Source: the human T2T-CHM13v2.0 reference genome, Homo sapiens
Length of the DNA: 64,000 bases
Direction: 5' to 3' (one strand)
NCBI RefSeq assembly: GCF_009914755.1
Contig: NC_060936.1
Shown: piece after piece, positions 1 through 15,990 of the stretch
Position numbering within the stretch: the first letter of the stretch is position 1
Layout of the letters: each line of letters starts with the position of its first letter
The notes under the pieces: model-generated
Database searches by the model: none
What the model saw: the letters and a program-made list of their open reading frames with translations, nothing else
Told to the model about the DNA's origin: nothing
Position numbers and translations under genes: made by a program

Positions 1-259
1 TACAAGACGCTCTGGCTCTGATTCCATGTTCTATTTTTACTCCTCTGATTTTACTCGTATGTAAAGCATATCTGAAAAAGTGAGTGCCAGGAAACTGCAT
101 TTTTAAAAAATCCTTGTACCAGAACACTGACAAAATTTTAATAATGAATTGTTATTGTTCAGTGTCATTAGTGAGAGCCTGGTGTTTTAGATCAAGAAAA
201 TTCACTGGACAAATACCTAGGATCATTTGGAAGTTTAGAGATTTACTTAGGTAAAGTAG

Positions 260-500
260 TAACAATAGCTAACATTTAGTGAGTTCTTACTGTGCTGATT
301 ATTTTGCTTGCTTTCTGTCTGCTTGCTTTAATTCTTATAACACCCTATGAAGTGGATAGTTTAGTGGATAGCCCTACAGCTGAGGAAAAACGTTTAGTTG
401 AGTAATTTTGCTGGCAGTAATATTACCACAAGTCAATGGTGCAGGAGTGTCCAAGCTCAAATTTGAACCCCTGTCTGACTTCAGATTTTGAGCAATTAAA
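260..500 (-). mobile_element. MIR SINE
   Basis: aatagctaacattt...acaccctatgaag...tgaggaaa...tttgaaccc resembles antisense MIR. Confidence 0.6.
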
Positions 501-618
501 TCACATTACCTCGGTATATTGATAAATAACCCATCTAGTGTTTTCCTTTATGCAAAGATCTAAGATAAAAGAAAACTATTGTAATTGAGGTCTCCACGTT
601 TTTTTTCAAAAGATAACT

Positions 619-925
<307 letters not shown>

Positions 926-1433
926 TAAATTTCTAAAACATTCTTGAAACTGAAAGCAGAGTAAAGGTTTTTAAATATATGAAAAGCCACTGTACTCCAC
1001 AGAGGGGAGGATGAAGTTATAGTAGATATCCAGTATTAATATCTGAATTATATTATAGAATTTAGGATTTTGTTGTACACCAATGTATGTAAACAGCAAT
1101 GTGTCTAATCTCTTTCAGAGATACCAGTTAACCTCATCTTTCTTAACAATTTTTCAGAGGAATTTGATTTATGTGACTTGTAAGACACAACTTTGTATTC
1201 TTTTAATTTCCAAATGGAGAGGAAATCATGTCAGAAGATATGAGAGGAAGAGTTCACCTTTTTTCTCGTCAACAGAGTACCTGTCTATGTAAACTACTTT
1301 GTATTTTATAAAGTACATTCTCATACATTTCAAAGAATTGCAGGATTGACAGGAATTTAAGACAGTTATGTATGGATCACTATTTTGGTCTTCTAATGTT
1401 TAGTCAAGTGATTGTCCCCCTTTTTTTTTTTAA

Positions 1434-1842
<409 letters not shown>

Positions 1843-1987
1843 TAATTCTCCCCACTGAGTCTTGGTGTCTCATATGACATTCCTTCTGATAGTTGAAGAT
1901 AGCTATCTTGTCTTCTCTTGGGTAAACAACTCTGGCTCCCTTAACTGGATCTCCAGTGACAGTGACATCGTTTTAAATCCTTTCACT

Positions 1988-2261
1988 TTTTTTTTTTTTG
2001 GAGGCAGAGTCTTGCTCTAGTGGTGATATCATAGCTGCCTGCAGCCTCCAACTCCTGGGTTCAAGTAATCCTTCCACCTCAGCCTCCAAGTAGCTGGGAC
2101 CACAGGCGTGCGCCACCATGCTCGGCTAATTTTTTTTTTTTTGGTAGAGTTGAGGTTTTGCTATGTTGCCCAGGCTGTTGTAGAACTCTGAGCTCAAGCA
2201 ATCCTTCTGCTTTGGCCTCTTGAAATGCTGAAATTACAGGTATGAGCCACTGTGCCTGGCC
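1988..2261 (-). mobile_element. AluJ
   Basis: Diverged antisense Alu (ctcaagcaatcc); TSD-like tttcact. Confidence 0.9.
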
Positions 2262-4406
2262 CTTTCACTATTTTGAATCTCTTCTAGGCACTATGTAATC
2301 ATTGTCCTTTCCTTAAAGTGTGATTCCTTGAGCTGTAGAAATAATTCCAGGTGTGGTGGTTTGAACTGAACAGAGAAGTGCAGGCTGTCACCTCTCCTGT
2401 TGAGAATCCTTTTCCAACACTGAAGTAGAAGAGATTCTCTGAGCTTTTAGGGAAGCTCTCAGAATTTCTCTTTGATAAATATTGAATTTGCTGTCAACTG
2501 AAACATCTTAGTCTTAATTGCTTCAAAAAAAGGCATTATTTGTATCTCTCAGATTCTCTTTTCTTTGGTATTGTAGTTAAGCTTTTTCTTTTGTTTCTAA
2601 TATACTTGACCCATTAAGGTTGGCTTTGGTAGATTTGCTCCAATAGTTAAGCCTGTTAATGTCCTTTTTAATTTGGATTCTGTAATTCACAAAACACTGA
2701 CTGGGCTCCTTTGGGCCAGGTACTGGGTTGGGTCCTGGACATGGCAAAGAATAAGGTGTGGAATCTACTGTCTGGATTAGCTACTTTTTAACTTTGTCAT
2801 CTGAAAGTTAGGTAAGAATGCCTTTAATGTTCTCAACAGGTCATTATTAAAGACTATGAAAGAAAGCAGAGAGAGAGGGCCAAGTGCAAAGCTCTGCAGC
2901 AAGTTTTACTGTAGTCCAGTGATACATGACCAGAAGTGCAATTTTCTGTAGACATATAGAATCTTAGGGGCTTTTTTGGGCCATGCATGGGCCACAGGCC
3001 ATCCCCTCCTCCTTCCCTTGAGTAAGAAACAGTTGTTAATGGAGTGCTATACATATTAATGATAATGGAAGACTGACTGCTATGGGCTACTACCTAGTGG
3101 ACACAAATCCCTTAATAAAATGTAAACATTTACTCCAGCATTACAGTTCTCCTTTTTGCCCAAGCTACATCTGTCTTGCCCACAAGGTTATCATGAGATG
3201 CTTTGTCAAATTCTTGCAGAAGACAAGATAGGCTGTGTTTCTGCAGTACTCAAATCTATTAGGAGGCCATATAATGTGGTGAAAAGAGAAAGGACTTTGA
3301 AGTTACACTGGGGTTTGAATTCTTACTCCCACTTCATAGCCATCGTGATCCTGACAGGATATTCTAATGCCTGTAAGCAAGCTCCTTTTCTTTAAAATGG
3401 GAGTACCTTACTCATAGGACTTTATGTGGATTATTACATAGACAGCCGTCATATGTAAAGCTACTAGCACAGAGCCTGGCACATGTTTGTTTAATAAATG
3501 TTTGCTGTTTGATGTTAAATGAATAAATGATGCGGGATTTATGTTTTTCTTTCATGGCAATTCAGTCAAAAAGGGTAATGGGATTATTTTCACATGAATT
3601 ATTTTGAGAACTCATGCTGTCTCTGAGGGGTCATTATATTTAAAATTGCTTATAGGTTAAATATTTTTAAAACAAAGCAAATCCATTCTAGTGTTTTCAC
3701 TGAGATCTACATTTCCGGAATTCACTTTCTTTTTTTTGTTTTTTAATTGTGACATTTGCCATACTTTGGTGTTTTAGTGTGGCTCTCTTTTTCCAGAGCT
3801 GCTCCAAGGTTACTGATAGTTACGGAGTAATCCTGTACGTAAGCTCTCTTAACTTATATAGAGTCCCCAAGCTCTCGTGTGATTTCCTCGCTGATTTGAG
3901 GCTTTGATAAACTTGGGAAAAATAAGAAAGACAATTGGAGTGAGGGAGTTACTACTGTTTCTCTGGAATTTACGAAGGCAATACTGTTGAATCTATGCAG
4001 TTAAATTCAAGAAACGTTTATTTTATACTTGGTATATGTCAAACATTGTATTAGCTGGGGAATATAACGATGAGCAAGGTACTTTAACTATCAGTTACTT
4101 TTCTTGACTTTATTCTTAAAGGATTGTGCCATTTTGGTTTTAACCACTTCCTCAATTTGGTGTGCCTTCTTTATATCTGTGCTCCTGGGTTATGTACCCC
4201 TTTTTTTTCCCCTTATTGAAGGTGCTTATTGAAGATTAATCAAGATCAACAGTCCCCTTTCTTTTTAGAGTCCCAACTATAGAATTCTGCTTGCCTCCTG
4301 AAGTCTAGGATAGGTGTCTGGGTGAATAACAAAGTAGTGCTGTAAGGTTGGCTAGGCAGGTAGTATCCTAACAGTTTGGCAAATGAGGAAACTAAGACTT
4401 GGATTT

Positions 4407-4697
<291 letters not shown>

Positions 4698-4749
4698 GAA
4701 AAAGACTTGAATTAAATTTCCAAGGTCCCACAAATAGAAATGGTGTGCC

Positions 4750-5194
<445 letters not shown>

Positions 5195-5714
5195 AAATAG
5201 AAATGGTATGGCTTTTTTGGCCTAGTCTACTACTTCTTAAAAGAAAATTTATTTTATTTTATTTTTGAGACACTTGGCTTTTATTTATTTTTTAAACACA
5301 CCTTAACCTGAGCAACACTTGGCATTCAGGTTGTAGCAGTGGTTTTACATTTTGCATCATAGTCTTGGTCTAGGAATCTTGGTTTCTTTGTTTGCATAAA
5401 GAATATTTTGAGTGTTCAAAGTATTTTGTAAGTATCCTTGAAAACCATATTACTGTTAATTTAAGTGATTTATTATAATATCTTCATACAGTATAATAAT
5501 TGAAGTTCTTTTAAAATCTTTTTCTGCTTAGTATTTAATTAGTATTTTATAGAAGTTTGGGTGATTTTACTTAAGAAATGAGTTTTTGTGAATGTGGCCA
5601 CAAATTTCTATATCTGACTGCCATTTTCTGCTTTGTGCTTTGAGTTACTCTTTAAACATGATTCTTTGACTTTCCTTTTGAAAGTCTTTATTTGGACTCC
5701 TAAACTAATTATAA

Positions 5715-6363
<649 letters not shown>

Positions 6364-6580
6364 TAGCTTAGTTTTTTGATAGCTAATTTTTATTGCCTTG
6401 CTAGAGAGGGCTAATTTTATAAATTAACCTGCCTGAATTCTGTCATCTCTTAAGTATGGAAGTGGTAATGCTTTACTCATTTATTTTTTTATTTTATTTT
6501 AAAAATTAACAAATAGTTGTACATTATTTAAATACTTAAGCCTGCACCAGTGTTAGCAACTAGCAAGAATATTTATTTTG

Positions 6581-6610
6581 CACGCACACACACACACACA
6601 CACACACACA
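6581..6610. repeat. (CA)n microsatellite
   Basis: cacgcacacacaca... run. Confidence 0.95.
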
Positions 6611-7933
6611 ATCTTACTATCTTACTCATACACTCCCCAACGGCAGGCCCCCAATTAATGAAGTCTGTTGAATTTAGTTGATACTAGATAAAGCCAGGAA
6701 AGTATTTGTTCACAATGTAGTTACTATGTTGCTTTCAACAGATACCTTATAATTATCAAATACTACTTTAGGTGGTTTGCTTTGACAGAACGGTAGTTAG
6801 CAAGCACAGCAAATGGTCCCGCTAACAGAGAACCAAAAAATTGATTAAACAAGTTATGAAAAGACTTTAATTTGGCAGATATATTTTTTCCCTGTTATTT
6901 CTCTCTTATAATCCTTTTTTTAAGTTTTTAAATTTTTAATTTTTTTCCTCCTCCCTGTGATTACCTGTCGATTTTTTTTTAAATAGCATTTTCTTTTTTT
7001 GTCTTCCACTATGATAGCCACTGAGCTGTTGGATAAACAAGAATCAGGTGTTAATACAAGTTACAGATGACAACATGAGCTAATAAGATTGTTAATTTTG
7101 TAATATCACTAAAGCATAGAAGATGAAATAATTGAGATTAGAAGATGTACTGGTGAAATAACTCAGGATTTGAAGGAGGTAGGGTGGAGAATGTGCCATA
7201 ACTTACATGGATCCTTGCTAGTAATACTTTGTGCCTACCCTGAGAATATTTGGGGAGGTTAGGGTCCAAGAACACTTACTGTCCAAGTGGAGGAGTGCCA
7301 GATTAAGAAATGTGTGTATGTCCTAGAATAGTTAGCTTTGTGCAATGGAAAAACCATTGTGGAGTCAGACAGGCTTCCACCCACTGCAGCACCCAGCTGA
7401 GCTGTCTGACCTTCCGTGAATCACTGTATTTTTTAAAAAAAATCAGGTTCACAGCTGTAAAGTAAGGATAAATATCTACTTCACAGAGTTGTTGAAAATT
7501 AAATGAAAAAGCCCAAGCACAGTGCTTGGCACATAGTATGATTTTTCTCCCCTTCCTATAGTCCTAGAACCTTTTGAATTGGCTATTGTTTAATGTTACT
7601 CTCCCTCCTTCCGTTTGTGGACTGGGAGTTCTTTACTGAGATGTTGCCAGGCATTTATAAATCTCTTGGAAGTACGTGGGAATTGTTTTTAGTATGTGCG
7701 TATGAGTGGTGTTCTGGGGAGTGAGTAGGTTCATGGATTTCTTCATATTCTTAAAGAAGTTTATAATTACTTCTCCCCCCTCAGTACCATGTAAGAATTA
7801 AGAACCACTGCTCCAGAGTAATTATTATAACTACAGTGGTATCTCAGTAGTCTGGCCAAATTAAATGTGCCTAGTAGAGGTGGTTAAAAAAGAAAAGACA
7901 AATTTCAGCCTTTTGATTGTTTGCTGCTATCTT

Positions 7934-9306
7934 TTTTTATAAATTTTTATTTTTATTTCAATAGTTTTTGGGGTATAGGTGTTTTTTTGCTACATGGATA
8001 AGTTCTTTAGTGGTGATTTCTGAGATTTTGGTGCACCTGAGCAGTGTACACCATATTCAATATGTAGTCTTTTATCCCATACCCTCCTCCAAACCTTCCT
8101 CCTTGAGTACCCAAATTCCATTATATCATTTCTTACACCTTTGCATCCTCATAGCTTAGCTCTCACTTATAAGTGAGAACGTACAATATTTGGTTTTCCA
8201 TTCTTGAGCTACTTCACTTAGAATAATGGCCTCCAGCTCCATCCAAGTTGCTGTAAAAGACATTATTTCATTCCTTTTTATGGCTGAGTAGTATTCTATG
8301 GCGTATATATACCGCATATTCTTTATTCACTTGTTGGTTGATGGACACTCAGGTTGGCTCCATATCTTTGCAGTTGTGAATTGTGCTGCAGTAAACATGT
8401 GTGCATGTGTCTTTTTCATATGACAACTTCTTTTCCTTTGGGTAAATACTCAGTAGTGGGATTGCTGGATCAAATGATAGATCTATAATGCTTTTAGTTC
8501 TGTAAGTAATCTCCATACTGTTTTCTTTAGTGGTTGTTCTAGTTTACGTTCCCACCAGCAGTGTAAAAGTGTTCCCGTTTCATCACATCCACACCAACAT
8601 CTATTGTTATTTTGACTAATTATGGTCATTCTTGTAGGAGTAAGGGGTATGTCATTGTGATTTTAATTTGCATTTCCCTGATAATTAGTCATGTTGAGCA
8701 TTTCTTCATACGTTTGTTGGCTGTTTGTATATCTTCTTTTGAGAATTGTCTTTTCATGTCCTTTGCCCACTTTTTGATGGGGTTGTTTTTTTCTTGCTGA
8801 TATGTTTGAGTTCCTTGTAGATTCTGGATATTAGTCTTTTGTTGGATGCTTAGTTTACGAACATTTTCTTCCACTCTGGGTTGTCTGTTTACTCTGCTGA
8901 GTATTTATTTTGCTGTGCAGAAGCGTTTCAGTTTAATTAGGTACCATTTATTCATTTTTGTTTTTGTTGCATTTGCTTTTGGGGTGTTAGTCATGAATTC
9001 TTTCTCTAAGCCAATGTCTAGAAGAGTTTTTCCAATGTTATCCCCTAGAATTTTTATGGTTTCAGTTCTTAGATTTAAGTCTTTGATCCATCTTGAGTTG
9101 ATTTTTGTATAAGGTGAGAGATGAGGATCCAATTTCATTCTTCTACATGTGGCTTGCCAGTTTTCCCAGCACCTTTTGTTAAATAGGCTATCTTTTCCCA
9201 AATTTCTGTTTTTATATGCTTTGTCGAAGATCAGGTAAGTGTAAGTATTTGGCTTTATTTCTGCGTTCTCTATTGTTCCATTGGTCTACGTGCCTATTTT
9301 TATACC
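7934..9306 (-). mobile_element. 5'-truncated L1 (L1PB/late L1PA type): 3' UTR plus ORF2 C-terminus
   Basis: ORF2-like peptides ([14 protein letters not shown]...[20 protein letters not shown]; [11 protein letters not shown]); 16-bp TSD tgtttg(c/t)tgctatctt at 7918-7933 and 9307-9322. Confidence 0.93.
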
Positions 9307-9784
9307 TGTTTGTTGCTATCTTGATGTTTCAGCTTTCTTCTTAAATATATTCATAATTTTATTTTTTAAAAAAGTTTTCTAAAGTTTTTTAAAAAGAGTT
9401 CTCCCTTGAAGAAAATGTCTATAAAATATTAAAAACTTAGGATTTATATCAAATGAGATGATTTACGAAACAGAATCTTTCCATAGAGCAGGGCTTAAGT
9501 TTTTCATTATGAAGGAAAAAAATATTTACTAGGGATCCTTTGATAATATGCTTTACTAGTGCATCATATATATGAGTTAAAATAATTTGATTAAGAAGGA
9601 AACTTAGGAGCATATCTCCTACTAAATTGAGTTATACCTGCATTGATTTACCTGGGCATATTGTAGATGTGCTTATCTATAATAACAGTATTTGATTGTC
9701 AATTATGGGCAGGGTACTATGACTTCCACCCACTTCTTCCACAAGAGTGGAAGTGTTAGAGAGCTCAGATCTCAGTCTGAGAAG

Positions 9785-10040
9785 TATCGTAGCATAGTAG
9801 TTATAATTAATATCTGGAGCCAAACTGCCTGGGATTTCAAGTGGCACTGTGTCACTTACTGTGTGACCTTGGGCAAGATATTTACCCTCCTTATGCCTCA
9901 TTTTCCACATCTGTAATACATGGGTAACAATTATCTCTGACTCACAGGGTGTTATTGGCACCTGAGAATTAAGTGAATTAATATTTGAGAAGCTCTTAGA
10001 ACACTGCCCATTTCATTGTAAGTGCTGTAGAAACGTTAAA
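9785..10040 (+). mobile_element. MIR SINE
   Basis: tctggagccaaactgcctggg...tgtgaccttgggcaag...cctcattttccacatctgtaa core. Confidence 0.85.
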
Positions 10041-13000
10041 TAAAAATATGTAGTCTAGTTAACAGAATACTTATACCCATGAAAAGATAATTTATAGTAT
10101 AAGACAGTATAAGCTGCAGTAAATGCAGAGTTGATTCCCTAAAATTCTTCAGGCTAGAAAAATTTGTGTGCATTGCGTGCATGAGTATAAGAGAACATGA
10201 AATTTCAAGGAAAAAGAGCCATATTTGGATAGGTGGAATTCAGATAGAGAACAGAGAATAGGCTCAAATTAGAGTGGAATTTTATGGACAGAAGAATTGA
10301 AGAGGATGCAAAAAAGCCATATAAGTTGGAGAATAAGTAAAGAAATATTGGAAGCTGTCCTAAGAAGATAGATGTGGACACGTTGTGGAAGTCTTTGGAT
10401 ATAAAGATAAGGCTTTGAGACTTTTAATTGTAAATGTGGGCTCCCCAACTTTTATAAAGAAGCAGCTTATGAATGATTTTGTGAAAAGTGCATAGCACAG
10501 TACTTGGCACAAAATAAACATTTAATAAATGTTAGCTAGTATTAGCAGCAGTAGTAGAAATGACTGTGTAGTGTTTTTACTGCATGGATGGCTATTTTTG
10601 TGAATTTTTAACTACTTACCTATTAATGAACACAGATAATTTCATTGTTTTTGTTTTTCTATATAATCAGTGTTGTCATGTGTACCCTTTCCGTACAAGT
10701 GTTTTTGTGTATCCATAGTTCCTTAATGGAGACTTAATACCGTCCTTTAAATTTGCCGTGGGAGAGTGGTGGGAAATTTCAGAGGGGATGGTAGAAAAGA
10801 AATGAGGCAGCTTTACCAACTCTGATGCACTCCCTTCTTCTGAGAAATCTCCACAACACTCATGACCAAAAGGTTATGATATTAGCTGTCAGCAGGGATG
10901 TTCAAGCATACTTATTAAAAATGATAACCTGTTAGGGAACCCTTCGATGAGTTGTAAGTTGTTGTTGTGGGGTTTTTTTTGTTTGTTTTGTTTTTGTTTT
11001 TGTTTTAACCAGGGAAGCTTTGGGAAGATAATATGGCATGCAGAGCGGGGTGTAAGGTGAACCAGAGGTATTTATGTTACGATATAATAAGAGACTGGTG
11101 GTCATAGACCCCAGAGGAAATGTGAAGACAAGGCTTGGTAGATTTTGGAGGCATATAGACTGACAAGGGCTTAAGAAGATATTTCCAAGTTTCTAAACTT
11201 CAATGAGAAGGCGAATGTGATCAAAATACTAAAGTCAGAATGAAAATCCAATTTTGGGGAGAAGATCGGTTCAGTCTTTCTTACATGTGTTTGAAAAAGA
11301 GGCACTTAAATTGACCTATCCATTAAATATTCGGATAGGATTCAGATTTTGTTTTTTTTCCATGTGGCATTGATATTGAAACCATGAAAATGATTGAGTT
11401 CAAATAAATTACACAGCTAGTATGTGGCAAAGCTGAGATTCAAATCCACAGGTTCTGCTCCAAAGTTCATATTCTTAGCTCCTATGCTAGCATGAATGGG
11501 AGAAGACATTTATTGTCATAACATGTATTTGGTCTTCTCATTTTTCAGGTTACTTTGCTGTTTTGGCATTTAATTTTTCTTCTTTTCTGTATAATTTTTA
11601 TTTTATTTACAAAATATCTTGAGGATAGCTTGGGCCTTGAAGGCAGACATACATGGGTTTGAACCCAGCTCTGCCATTTATATTTATCTGTAGACTCCTT
11701 GGTTAATCACTACATCCAGTGGCCTTTTCTTAGTTCTAATTTTCTGTGGTGTGCCCATAGCAAAAAGACCTTCCTGAAATTGAGGTAAAAGAAATCTCAA
11801 TTGTTTCTTTCCTTCAGTAATTCACCATCCTGACCTTTTATCTGTTTCACCTTCTTTGCACTTTCTTCTATATAAATAACACCTAAATGTGACTATCTCT
11901 ATACAGGTCTGAACTCAGCTCTCTATTCCTTTTTTTTAAACACGTCAGCTGACTCTGGATTCTGGATATATTTTGTCTTCAGTAACTCTTGATACTCTTC
12001 TTTCTTTCCTATCTTCATGGTCTTAGTTCAGATCTCCTTTTTTATATTTTTCTCCAATTTTGTAAGTGTTCTTTCTACCTATCTTTTCTAGTCCAACCTC
12101 CCTTCCTATCCCAGGGTCATTCTCTTAAAATATAGATCTGTTTCCCCATTGCTTGAAACCATTCAGTGATTCTCCCTTGTCAGTAGTCCTGTTTCTTCAA
12201 ACAGTTGTTCTTTAGGATGAATTTGGTATTTTTCCAGGAAAAAAAGGTTCAGTGCTATACAGAAGAAAATCAGGGAAAAAAAGTTCAAATGAGTTTGGGA
12301 AATGCTTGTATAAATACAGTCAGCTAGCCTTCCTTTTGGCAGCATCCTAATGTGTTAATGTGCATTGTTGGTGTATAAAAATCAATACATAGTATTTCCA
12401 AAGTATACTTGACGTGTGTGTGTGTGTGTCTAAATACATGTCTGGTGTCTTAGAACAGGTTTTGTTGAGACCCACAAGGTAAAGTCCATCTGTGTAGTTT
12501 CATCTCTGGTATTGACCATACCCACTTGGAGTTCCCTGTGGGATGGAGTCATGTGTTTGAGGCTTCAGTGGCTTCACTCATCTATCAGGAACAGTCCCTA
12601 CTGCTCCTAAAGGGGAGATCATTACCTTCTCTCTGAAGCCTTCTTTGACTCATTCAGACAACTGTTATACTTCCTTTCTCAGTACTATCTTTACAGTGTA
12701 TTTGGCAAGACCCTCCATTTTAGCAATTATCACATGGAATCGTAATTCTCTTTATTTTTATTTCTCTAGTAGAGTATAAAGGGTAGAACCGTGTCCCTTC
12801 ATTTCTCTGACATTAATACTTAGGATAATTATTGAATATATGTTAAACAATTGAGTTATGAAGTAACTGTGGAATCATTTTGAATAATATTGATATTTGT
12901 ACATTAAGTAAACCACCAGTAAACATTTATTTTATCTTAGAAATCTCTTAGACTCTTTCTTTCTGTGATAAGGTAGCATCAAATTAAATGCTCTAGGGAA

Positions 13001-13280
13001 AATTTTGTTCCACATAGATAAGGAAAAATATTAAGAAAAAAATACTTATTTTCTGTGTGTTTTGTATAACCTATTTTCAGAAAACAAGATTTTTTTTTAG
13101 ATAAAAATGTAAATAATGTCTTATCTTTAATGAAACAATTTCGATCATTAATTTAAAACTCGGTGATTACTTTTTCTCCCAGATAACTTTTACATTGAGA
13201 TGATTCATTCATCTATAGTTGTTAGGATAAAGAACCTTATTTTATAAGAAACATTGTTTAATGTTTATTTCTCTTTTTAG

Positions 13281-13340
13281 GCATCATTCTTAACAAAGAA
13301 GTTAAATATTGGTGGGAAAAGAGTAAACCTTGCCATATGG
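13281..13340 (+). CDS. RAB21: RAB21 coding exon 2 (ASFLTKKLNIGGKRVNLAIW)
   Basis: ctctttttag acceptor, TGG|gtaagt donor, 60 nt, phase 0/0; translation matches the RAB21 switch I/interswitch region. Confidence 0.98.
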
Positions 13341-14072
13341 GTAAGTGAACTTTTTCAACTATTATGCGTGGAGGCTTCTTCCTTTTTTCTTTTTTTTTAA
13401 AGTTAATTGGAGCTTAGCCAACACTTTTTTTTTTTTTTAATTAAAAAGAATCTTAAAATCTGGTTGAGAATTATATCTGGAATATAATTGTATATTTGAA
13501 TATTGCTGTCATAACTTTTCAGTTGGAGAAGGGTCAACTCAGAGGGGTTCCACTTCAGAGAGAGGACAGGGTGGGTGGACAGCTTGCCTGGCCTTTTTTT
13601 CCCCACCCTGTGTCTCCATATTCCAGCCTTCTAAGAGAATGGCTGGTGGGTGAGGATAATGCAGCAGATACTTCTTGACTGGTGATCTTGATGCACGTGC
13701 CATTTCCCTGTCTCTCCCAGTGTGGGAACTTAAACTTAGGGCAGAGCCTATTCCTGGCTTATAATACTGTGTTGGTTGTTTTGACCCTCTGGCAACTGAA
13801 ACTGGTATTTTAATGGGGGTGGGGAAGTGCTGAGGAGGAGGAAGGTTGGGAGGGAAAAAGTAACTTTTGTATATCACTAAAACATTACATATTGGTCATA
13901 ACTTAAAAATTTTGTGTGTGGCCTGTTTTGCTGTTTTGTTTCTGTTAATAGGGTTTTGTGGTTGTCTTTGACTTTATGCCATATTTTCCAATTAATCAAA
14001 AAGTTCACCATAGTTGCAATCGCAGATTTGTATTTTTCTTCTGATCTAATAAGCATTTGTTGCTTTCTTTAG

Positions 14073-14180
14073 GATACGGCAGGTCAAGAGAGATTCCATG
14101 CATTGGGTCCAATTTACTACAGAGATTCAAATGGAGCGATTTTAGTTTATGACATAACAGATGAAGATTCTTTTCAGAAG
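14073..14180 (+). CDS. RAB21: RAB21 coding exon 3 (DTAGQERFHALGPIYYRDSNGAILVYDITDEDSFQK)
   Basis: tttctttag acceptor, AAG|gtattc donor, 108 nt; contains Rab G3 motif DTAGQE and YYR. Confidence 0.99.
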
Positions 14181-15172
14181 GTATTCTATTCATGGGTAGA
14201 TGTCTTAGAAGAACAATAGTAATTTTTCAAGTTTCCATTAATATACCTTTATTCACTAATGTGATTAGTTTTCTTTTTAAAAATAAAGTATATAATTTGT
14301 GCATAACTGGTGACCACTTACATTTTATTTTTCTTTTCACCTACAACATGGTGGTGTACTCATATGTTTAATGAAATATTTGATTCATATGAATTAATTT
14401 ACGTTAGAATAATTAATGCCTTATTACATGGCTTTCTCAAATATTAGGGAAGGGAAATATTTGAAATTGAGCTTCAGAAAAATATGGGGGCTTTTGTTTT
14501 TCCCTCTTAAGGAAAAATCACACATATTTCCTTAATTCCATACGCATTGGGCTCTTAAACTTGGTGTGGCTGGACGGGTTCCTTTATTGTGAAGAGGAAA
14601 AAGGAGGAACAACATCACATTTAAGCTTTCTCCTTGCCAAATATAATAAAAGTTTTAAAAGGACAGTCTTAAAGTTATCTCATTAGTTTACTTCCCTTCA
14701 AAAACACACCACATACGTATGACTCTTAAAGTTGTTTGGGACCAAAAATGAGTTACCATTTAATTACCTCTGAATTTTCATCACAATCAGATGGGTTACT
14801 TATTTGACCTTTTCTCCTAAAGCTCTTCTTGGAATATGTCAACAATGTGTAACTACAGGGAATAATGCCAAGGAAGAAGCTTTTCTTGCCTTGAGTTACA
14901 GGCTTGTTCTTGGTAAAATTACTTACCTTGTTTGTTTTGTTTTTTCTCTTTATTTTTTTTCCCAGTTAAATCTGATAGAGCAGATATACAAGTTAGCCCT
15001 TGGGTTATTAATGATAAATGGAAAAACTTAATCCAAAAGTAGAAAATGAAACGATAGGTACCTTGTAGATTTAATGATTTTTAAAAGTTATTTTGGTGCT
15101 GCTGTTTGTTATCTCCCTCTCGCGTTTTGCATGAAAAGACATAGTTTAAGTATTTTATTAAGAGAAGATTGA

Positions 15173-15469
15173 GGCCAGGCACAGTGGCTCACGCCTGTAA
15201 TCCCAGCACTTTGGGAGGTCGAGGACAGCGGGTCACTTGAGGTCGGGAGTTAGAGACCAGCCCAGCCAACATGGTGAACTCCCATCTCTACTAAAAATAC
15301 AAAAAAATTAGCTGGGTTTGGTGGCACATGCCTATAATCTTAGCTACTTGGGAAGCTGAGGCAGGAGACTTGCTTAAACTGGGGAGGCAGAGGTTGCAGT
15401 GAGCCTAGATCGCGCCACTGGACTCCAGCCTGGGTGACAGAGTGAGACTCCATCTCAAAAAAAAAAAAA
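15173..15469 (+). mobile_element. AluS
   Basis: Sense Alu with A tail; TSD aagat(t/c)gag. Confidence 0.95.
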
Positions 15470-15498
15470 GATCGAGTCATTTAGGTTGAAAGGGACCA

Positions 15499-15990
15499 GT
15501 TGTCTACTACTGTGTAACAAAACCCCCAAAATTTTTGACTTAAAACAATAATTTATTATTTCTCATGATTCTGTGGGTTGACCAGGCAGGTCCACTGCTC
15601 TTTGTGATGTCACTGGAGTCACTCATAGAGCTGCACTGAACTGGGAGTTTGGCTGGAGCTGGAATATCCAAGAAGGCCTAGTTCTCCATCTGGCCTCTCA
15701 CTATATCTGGTGTGTTATCATCCAGTACTCTCTCTATGTGCTCTCTCATTATTCTGTATTCTACCTTAAGCTTTTTATATGACAACTGGATCCCAAGAGT
15801 TAAAAGTAGAAGCTACCAGGCCTTCTTAAGACTTAAGTCTGAGATTGGCACAGCATTACTTCTGCCACATTCTCTTGTCAAAGCAGGTTACAAGGCCAGC
15901 CCAAATTCAGAGGGTGGGGAATTTGACTCTACCACTTAATGGGAAGATTAGCAAAGAATTTGTGACCATCTCTAACTCAACAAAAATGTA
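15499..15990 (-). mobile_element. MaLR LTR (MLT1 group)
   Basis: tgtgtaacaaa...cttaaaacaata atttattatttctcatgattctgtgggttg and cttctgccacattct are MLT1 hallmarks. Confidence 0.75.

Noticed and set aside
8689-9201. L1 ORF2-like peptides
   Set aside because: Fragments of a 5'-truncated, disrupted L1; not a gene
9720-9785. Two short hairpins (cttccac/gtggaag; ctcaga/tctgag)
   Set aside because: Stems of 6-8 bp are expected by chance; no ncRNA motif
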